From NCBI GenBank assembly GCA_963824495.1, contig CAWGPQ010000008.1, positions 128,001 through 192,000 of the forward strand: a DNA stretch of 64,000 nt, given 5' to 3'. Below the pieces are notes generated by a model. The model had not been told where the DNA came from. It ran no database searches and was given only the letters and a program-made list of their open reading frames with translations. This DNA is from an uncultured bacterium. GTDB lineage: Bacteria > Babelota > Babeliae > Babelales > Babelaceae. Made by a program: the position numbers and the translations under genes. Positions 58,008-64,000 of this stretch are shown here, piece by piece; the stretch's first letter is position 1, and each line of letters starts with the position of its first letter.

Positions 58008-59309
58008 TTACTTTGGATTAATACCCAGCCATCGATCCATAACTATAGCGGCAGCTGACCTGACCGATAAATGATTAAAATCAGAAAATCCCCTCAGGGG
58101 AGGAAGAATAAAGTCACATTGCTCAAGAAGACGTGGGGCAAGCCCTCGTCCCGTGCCAAACAGAAAAAGCACTGGCCGCTTAAGGTTCCAAACTTTTTCT
58201 TGATCGTAATACGTGATAGGCTCAACCATTGAACCATGCTGTGGCTGTGCTGAAGTTGCAATAAGTAAAGGCTCCACTCCCTCATGTTTTTCAATAGCAG
58301 CTCGTACCTCATCAAGCGAGTCGGTAATCATGGTATGCTTGAGCGCTTCATGTCGCTGTCTATTATACTCAATGCCTACACCTGTATGCCAAAATTCTAA
58401 GAGCCGACAAGCAATCCTTTTTTGGTCCTCAAGTGGTGTCACAATAAAATATCCGCTTAATCCATACGTAGTTGACGAGCGAGCAATATCATGAATATCA
58501 AGTGATGTAATAGAAGTTGTACCCTCGCCAACATGAGGCACTACCACCTGAGCATGCATAAGCGCAGCATAGTGAGCCGGTATATATTTTTTTGCCAAAA
58601 CTTCTTGATCGGGCGTTGCTACATGTGAACGTAACCATTCAAAATGGCGCAACACCGTTCGTTGAGCCGCTTGATTACTACGCCATTGCTCAATGTGCTT
58701 ATGGTTACCAGATCTGAGAACTTCAGGAACCTCCATGCCTTTCCAAACAACGGGAGCTGTATATTCAGGGTGGTCAACAAAGGGCCCTGAAAATGACTCT
58801 CGCTCAACTGATTCTTGCTTGCCCACAACGCCAGGGACAAGCCGCAGGAGACCCTCAAGAAGCATCATTGCTGGCACATCACCACCCATGAGCACAAAAT
58901 CACCAACTGATACAATGCTATCAGCATAATATTCTTCAATACGCGCATCCATTCCTTCGTAACGAGATGTTACCAAGAGAAGATGTCTCCGCTCGCGTAC
59001 GTTTTCATAAATTTTTTTAAGCAGAGGTTGATCGAGCTTTTTTCCATGGGGTGAAAAAAACACACGATACGCAGTACCATGAAGTTGTTCTTGCGCAGTG
59101 ATAGCTTTATCAACAATGTCAGGACGCAGGAGAACACCTGCACCATGACCACATGTCGGCGAATCAATCCGTTCTTTAGGTGCAGCATAGGAAAAGAAGT
59201 TCTCAACATGATACTGCACATAACCGTTTTCTTGTGCACGACCCATAAGGCTCGCTGTCAAAAACGATTCATACAGTCGAGGAAACAACGTAAGAATAGA
59301 AATGTTCAT
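58008..59309 (-). CDS. trmD: tRNA (m1G37) methyltransferase TrmD fused to a second SPOUT methyltransferase domain
   Basis: N-terminal RYEG, SVGDFVLMGG, PEYT, SGNH; C-terminal LDIHDIARS..TYG, FGTGRGL, NHLSVRSA. Confidence 0.92.
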   Translation of the reverse strand: MNISILTLFPRLYESFLTASLMGRAQENGYVQYHVENFFSYAAPKERIDSPTCGHGAGVLLRPDIVDKAITAQEQLHGTAYRVFFSPHGKKLDQPLLKKIYENVRERRHLLLVTSRYEGMDARIEEYYADSIVSVGDFVLMGGDVPAMMLLEGLLRLVPGVVGKQESVERESFSGPFVDHPEYTAPVVWKGMEVPEVLRSGNHKHIEQWRSNQAAQRTVLRHFEWLRSHVATPDQEVLAKKYIPAHYAALMHAQVVVPHVGEGTTSITSLDIHDIARSSTTYGLSGYFIVTPLEDQKRIACRLLEFWHTGVGIEYNRQRHEALKHTMITDSLDEVRAAIEKHEGVEPLLIATSAQPQHGSMVEPITYYDQEKVWNLKRPVLFLFGTGRGLAPRLLEQCDFILPPLRGFSDFNHLSVRSAAAIVMDRWLGINPK

Positions 59310-59320
59310 AAATCAAGACA

Positions 59321-59554
59321 CTATTCTGCAATATCAACAACGATATCGTTATTGCGTGTAGGGTCAGCCAGACGAACCAACGTTCGCAGTGCTCTAAACG
59401 TACGACCTTCACTGCCGACAACTCGTCCTAAATCATGCGCGGCAACTTTTACTTGGATCATATTCTTGTCAGCCATAGGGACTTCTGAAACAACAACAGC
59501 CCCTGGTTTGTCAACCAGCTTCTTAACGATATCTTCAATAAGCTTAATAAGCAT
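59321..59554 (-). CDS. khpA: KH-domain RNA-binding protein
   Basis: LVDKP, DLGRVVGSEGRT; follows rpsP. Confidence 0.9.
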   Translation of the reverse strand: MLIKLIEDIVKKLVDKPGAVVVSEVPMADKNMIQVKVAAHDLGRVVGSEGRTFRALRTLVRLADPTRNNDIVVDIAE

Positions 59555-59569
59555 ACTTTTCTCGCTATA

Positions 59570-59824
59570 CTAAGCTGCTGACACTGATTGCTTTTGATAT
59601 AACTTTTGGATTTTTTTTACTGCGTCACTAGGGATTGCTCCTGTGCTAACCCATGCTTGAATGCGCTCAGTATTTAAATCAAGAACATGCCCCGTTAAGG
59701 GATTATATGTACCCAGTATTTCTAACGATGCGCCATCACGCTTACTATGCGAATCAATAGCCACAATACGATAAAAAGGAGCATTTTTTTTGCCTATACG
59801 TGATAATCGTATTTTTACTGCCAT
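59570..59824 (-). CDS. rpsP: 30S ribosomal protein S16
   Basis: MAVKIRLSRIGKKNAPFYRIV, LGTYNP. Confidence 0.98.
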   Translation of the reverse strand: MAVKIRLSRIGKKNAPFYRIVAIDSHSKRDGASLEILGTYNPLTGHVLDLNTERIQAWVSTGAIPSDAVKKIQKLYQKQSVSAA

Positions 59825-59865
59825 ATTAAGAATACCTTTCTTTAAGTAAAAGAGTTCATGGTTGT

Positions 59866-61203
59866 TTATTTAAAAAAGCCGTTAAAATGCTTCATCTTTT
59901 TAAAGACTTTAACAAGTTGCTGGCTCTGTTCAAACCTATCTAAAAGCATATTAACATCAGGGACGCCGACACCGGCACCCCGAGCAATACGCTGCTTGCG
60001 CGATCCATCAAGCACTTTAGGATTTATTCGTTCTTCGGGTGTCATTGAGCTAATAATCGCTTTAAATTTTTTAATTTCCGCTTCGCTTTTATCAATCATA
60101 TCAGGAGAAAGCTGCAGATCGCTGGCTCCAGGAAAATATTTCATAATCTGAGATAACGAACCAAGCTTACCAATCATCTCCATTTGTTGAGCAAAATCGT
60201 TGAGCGTAAGCCTCCCTTGCGTAAAGGCTCGCGTAAGTTGCTCTTGCTCATAATGTTGGATTTTTTCTTCTGCTTTTTCAACAAGCGTTACGATATCGCC
60301 CATACCAAGTATTTGGCGAACAACACGCTCGGGCCGAAACAATTCAAGATCAGCAACCTTTTCTCCTACTCCCACAAATATAATAGGCTTTTTTAAGGCG
60401 TAGCGAAAAGCGAACGCTGCTCCAGCTCGTGTTTCGCTATCCGTTTTTGTAAGTATTGAGCCTAAAAACCCCACTGCTTGATCAAATGCTTGTGCAATAG
60501 TAAGTGATTCTTGACCTGTCATGGCATCAAGGACAAGAAATTTGTACTTAGGTTTGACAAGCATATCAATCTGCTTAAGTTCATCAAGTAATGGCGCATC
60601 AACGTGTAAACGCCCAGCCGTATCGAGAAAGATAAGCTCATAGCTATTTTTATAAGCATAATTAACGATTTCTTGTGCTGCCCTCACAGGATCTTTGCTT
60701 GAAGCTCGATAAAATCCGACATCTACTTTTTTTGCCAAAATTTCAAGCTGATCGATAGCTGCCGGGCGATAGAAGTCGACAGAACCTACCAAAATGCTTC
60801 TCTGTTTTCCTTTTTTATGAGCAGCTTCTTTAATAAAATGTGCTAATTTAGCAATGGTCGTTGTCTTTCCCGACCCTTGTAATCCCATTACCATAGTCAC
60901 TGAAGGAATCTGAAAAGAAAAGACGGTTTCGCTACCTACACCCCCCAAGAACGACAAAAGTTTATCATGAACAATTTTCATTAAGTGCTCAGAGGGCTTG
61001 AGTGATGCCAGTACTTTTTGACCCATAACTTCTTGTTTAATCTCTTGAATGAATGCCTGGACAACGGCATAGGGCACATCAGCATCCAATAAAGCATCAT
61101 GAACTTTGGCAAGCGCATCTGACAACGTAGCCTCGGTAAAATGAGAAGTTCCCTGTAGTCGAGAAAAAAATGAAGAAAATGTTCGTGATAAAAATTCAAA
61201 CAT
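59866..61203 (-). CDS. ffh: Signal recognition particle protein Ffh
   Basis: GLQGSGKTT, DTAGR, GMGD, SMTPEER. Confidence 0.97.
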   Translation of the reverse strand: MFEFLSRTFSSFFSRLQGTSHFTEATLSDALAKVHDALLDADVPYAVVQAFIQEIKQEVMGQKVLASLKPSEHLMKIVHDKLLSFLGGVGSETVFSFQIPSVTMVMGLQGSGKTTTIAKLAHFIKEAAHKKGKQRSILVGSVDFYRPAAIDQLEILAKKVDVGFYRASSKDPVRAAQEIVNYAYKNSYELIFLDTAGRLHVDAPLLDELKQIDMLVKPKYKFLVLDAMTGQESLTIAQAFDQAVGFLGSILTKTDSETRAGAAFAFRYALKKPIIFVGVGEKVADLELFRPERVVRQILGMGDIVTLVEKAEEKIQHYEQEQLTRAFTQGRLTLNDFAQQMEMIGKLGSLSQIMKYFPGASDLQLSPDMIDKSEAEIKKFKAIISSMTPEERINPKVLDGSRKQRIARGAGVGVPDVNMLLDRFEQSQQLVKVFKKMKHFNGFFK

Positions 61204-61400
61204 ATCTATACTCGTGCTTGCCTATACCCATTCAGTTATAGCTTTTCTTATCTTTTAGCATACCACTAGTATACCAAAAAAATTGCTTTTAGGAATCCCT
61301 TAAGGTATCTTAAGTTAAAGGCCATATCAATCTTCAGTGCACTACTTTTTTAATCTGCCGAATCTACCCTCATGGTTATTCCGGCCGAAATGGCAAATAT

Positions 61401-62528
61401 ATGATCAAAAGAATAGCTACCTCTACAACACAGCTACCAAATATTCTCATTGTTGGCATTGATGCCCCCTATAACCCCATTAAAGATATTAAGTCCTACT
61501 ATGAAGAGTTTAAGAGTCTTGTTCATTCAGCCGGTATAGAATATCAGCATGAGCTTTTCATAAAACTGCGTAGTATTGAGCCGGCCTATTTTGTTACCAA
61601 AGGTAAACTTGATGAGCTGATACAGTTCTGTAAACAAAATGCTATCGAAGAAGTTATCTTCTCTGAGCCCCTTTCTGGGCAGCAAGAGCGTAACTTAAGT
61701 CAAATACTACATTGTCCAATACTTGATAGGACACAGCTTATACTCAACATCTTTAAACAGGGAGCCCAATCAGCCGAGGGCAAATTGCAGGTTGAACTTG
61801 CCATATTTCAGCACGCAAAATCACGCCTGGCAGGACGTGGTGTCTTCATGTCCCAACAAGCAGGGAGTATTGGAACGCGTGGTCCAGGAGAAACCCAGAA
61901 AGAAAAAGATCTTCAGCACATTGAGTTACTTACACTCAGGACACGCAGAGATCTTGGAAGACTTCGAAAAGTACGTGAAACTCAGCGCAAGAAGCGCTTG
62001 ACAAGCAGCATCCCTCTTATAAGCCTCATTGGCTATACCAATGCGGGAAAATCAACTATCCTTAACGCTCTGACCAAAAGTTCAGTTCTTGCTGAAAATA
62101 AGCTCTTTGCCACGCTTGATACCACAACACGCGAATTCTATACGGATGGTACAAAAAAAGCGCTTATTTCTGACACTGTCGGATTCATTCAGCAATTACC
62201 TCATCATCTCATTGAGGCGTTTAAATCAACGCTCTCTGAGCTTACGCATGCTCATCTTCTGCTCGAAGTTGTAGATCTATCAGACTCCAACTGGGAATCT
62301 CATATACGTGTTGTTCATGATGTCCTTGAGGAACTTGGTGCTGCCGACAAACCAATGCTCTATGTATTTAACAAAGTTGACAAAGTACCAGACCTGCCAT
62401 CACTTGAGCAAGCACTTTCTCGCTATCAGCCCCATGTTTTTATTTCAGCACTTTCACCCGAGGGAATAGCACCCCTTATTGAATTTTTACGTTCTTGGAA
62501 GCCAGAAGCTGAAGAGCCTTCTGAATAG
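61401..62528 (+). CDS. hflX: GTPase HflX
   Basis: GPGE, GYTNAGKS, FATLD, DTVGF, NKVD. Confidence 0.97.
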   Translation: MIKRIATSTTQLPNILIVGIDAPYNPIKDIKSYYEEFKSLVHSAGIEYQHELFIKLRSIEPAYFVTKGKLDELIQFCKQNAIEEVIFSEPLSGQQERNLSQILHCPILDRTQLILNIFKQGAQSAEGKLQVELAIFQHAKSRLAGRGVFMSQQAGSIGTRGPGETQKEKDLQHIELLTLRTRRDLGRLRKVRETQRKKRLTSSIPLISLIGYTNAGKSTILNALTKSSVLAENKLFATLDTTTREFYTDGTKKALISDTVGFIQQLPHHLIEAFKSTLSELTHAHLLLEVVDLSDSNWESHIRVVHDVLEELGAADKPMLYVFNKVDKVPDLPSLEQALSRYQPHVFISALSPEGIAPLIEFLRSWKPEAEEPSE

Positions 62529-62619
62529 AGTGAACTTAAAACCATAACTTGTGCTTGATTTTATCGCAAAATTGTTTCGTTATCACTGCTCACGCATGTA
62601 ATTGTTACGTCTGACTCGT

Positions 62620-62648
62620 TTGACATAGCACAGAGCACCAGCTAAAAT
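62620..62648 (+). promoter_or_regulatory. Near-consensus sigma70 promoter for the last ankyrin gene
   Basis: TTGACA-17 nt-TAAAAT. Confidence 0.7.
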
Positions 62649-62702
62649 AATAATTACAAGATTGTCATTTCAAATAAAAAATGGCTTAAATAAAGACATG
62701 AC

Positions 62703-64000
62703 GTGAACAGATACGTTTTTATATTAGCAAGTTTTAGCATCTTTCTATTAGGTTCAAACTGGCTTATGAGCATGCATGATGCTAACCAGAAGCTCCAACT
62801 TCAACTTAATGAGCAATTACTGGAGGCAGTACGAACAGGAGACAAAGACGGTACGGTTTCTTTACTAGAGCAGGGCGTCGACATTAATCACGCTGATAAC
62901 TATGGCACGACTACTCTTATATGGGCAGCAATAAGAGGACATATAGATATAGTTAGGCTGCTTATAAAGCATAACGCTGATGTTAATCACACTGATAAAG
63001 ATGACACAACTGCTCTTATATGGGCGGCAATAAAGGGACATATAGATATAGTTAGATTGCTTCTAGGTCATAACGCTGACGTTAATCATACTGATAAGGA
63101 TGGCATGACTGCTCTTATATGGGCGGTAATAAAGGGACATATAGATATAGTTAGATTGCTTCTAGGTCATAACGCTGACGTTAATCATATTGCTCGTGAT
63201 AGCTATACTGCTCTTACATGGGCAGCTTTTAGGGGACATCTAGAAATAGTTAGAATGCTTATACTGCACAATGCTAACATTAGTCACGCCAATAATGATG
63301 GCAATACTGCCTTAATACTAGTGGCTCAAAAAGGATACGTAGATATTGTTCGACTTCTTCTCACCCATAATGCTCAAGCTAATCTCTTAAATAATGCAGG
63401 CGAATCAGCATTGACCATCGCTCAGCGACGTAATTGTCCTGAAATTATAAGTCTCATTAATACCAGAATCAATGAAGAATTAGTTGACGCTGTAACTCGA
63501 GGTGACATTAACAAGGTTACTGCGTTATTAGAGCAAGGAGCTTATAGTAATTATGATGCTCCTGGCGTAACAGCACTTCAATTTGCAGCATTTTACGGCC
63601 ATTATGATATCGCCGAGCTCCTCCTAGAAAGCAAGGCTGACCTTAACGCTACTGATATTAATCATGCTACCGCACTACATTATGCAGCTGCTACAGGCCA
63701 TAGTAATATAGTTAAACTGCTCTTAGACCATGGAGCTCATGTTAATGCTGCCAAATCGAGTGGTACAACACCGCTTACATTAGCAGCACGTAATGGCCAT
63801 AAAGATATTGTTCTTATGTTACTGCGCCATAATGCTCAAGTTAATCTTTTTAATGATGCAGGTGACTCAGCACTAACCCTTGCCCTCAGAAATAATCATC
63901 CTAACATTGTTGATATTTTCGAAAAATATGCAAATCAAGCTGTATTTCATTTAATACAAAGAGCCGGCCAAAATGGTACACTGGAAAACCTTCCTGCTGA
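62703..64000 (+). CDS. Secreted ankyrin repeat protein; runs off the window end and is not in the ORF track
   Basis: GTG 62703 gives MNRYVFILASFSIFLLGSNWLMS-M...; about 10 ankyrin repeats; read open by eye to 64000, ending AVFHLIQRAGQNGTLENLPA. Confidence 0.88.
   Translation, partial: MNRYVFILASFSIFLLGSNWLMSMHDANQKLQLQLNEQLLEAVRTGDKDGTVSLLEQGVDINHADNYGTTTLIWAAIRGHIDIVRLLIKHNADVNHTDKDDTTALIWAAIKGHIDIVRLLLGHNADVNHTDKDGMTALIWAVIKGHIDIVRLLLGHNADVNHIARDSYTALTWAAFRGHLEIVRMLILHNANISHANNDGNTALILVAQKGYVDIVRLLLTHNAQANLLNNAGESALTIAQRRNCPEIISLINTRINEELVDAVTRGDINKVTALLEQGAYSNYDAPGVTALQFAAFYGHYDIAELLLESKADLNATDINHATALHYAAATGHSNIVKLLLDHGAHVNAAKSSGTTPLTLAARNGHKDIVLMLLRHNAQVNLFNDAGDSALTLALRNNHPNIVDIFEKYANQAVFHLIQRAGQNGTLENLPA
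62910..63189 (+). repeat. 99-bp tandem ankyrin-coding repeats
   Basis: 63009-63090 and 63108-63189 differ at 1 of 82 nt; a more diverged copy starts near 62910. Confidence 0.9.

Noticed and set aside
1..64000. tRNA, rRNA, SRP RNA or tmRNA genes
   Set aside because: No cloverleaf or conserved signature was seen by eye in the intergenic regions; an Infernal/tRNAscan run would be needed to exclude them.

Overview
64-kb chromosomal window from an AT-rich bacterium using the standard code. By inference it is most likely Ca. Dependentiae/Babelota (TM6), a protist-associated intracellular lineage; the basis is many signal-peptide-bearing ankyrin proteins, divergent ribosomal proteins and a TrmD-SPOUT fusion. 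The core is a minus-strand str-S10-spc-alpha ribosomal superoperon (rpsL to rplQ, about 15.0-33.6 kb) that lacks rpmD and adk. The window also has a stand-alone rplM (no rpsI), an ffh-rpsP-khpA-trmD-rplS operon (no rimM), and housekeeping genes (sbcC-like, trxB, rseP, nagZ, pepP, recR, yidC, murC, hflX). Accessory content: tandem S9 peptidases, a Trx-NHL protein, a triplicated M48-like HExxH peptidase locus (one copy a pseudogene hit by a dead IS3), a decayed IS200/IS605 tnpB element, an ATP-cone/PD-(D/E)xK protein and six ankyrin genes. Best candidate for an undescribed system: a putative exported host-proteostasis toolkit of ankyrin proteins carrying either an N-terminal J-domain or a C-terminal F-box/SOCS-box-like motif. 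Other signals are pervasive 6-13-bp micro-duplications at gene boundaries, a fossil copy of the nagZ 3' end, a 22-bp-phased operator-like array and a dehydrogenase with its conserved Arg changed to Asp. No tRNA, rRNA or CRISPR array was seen. All calls are by eye; no searches were run.
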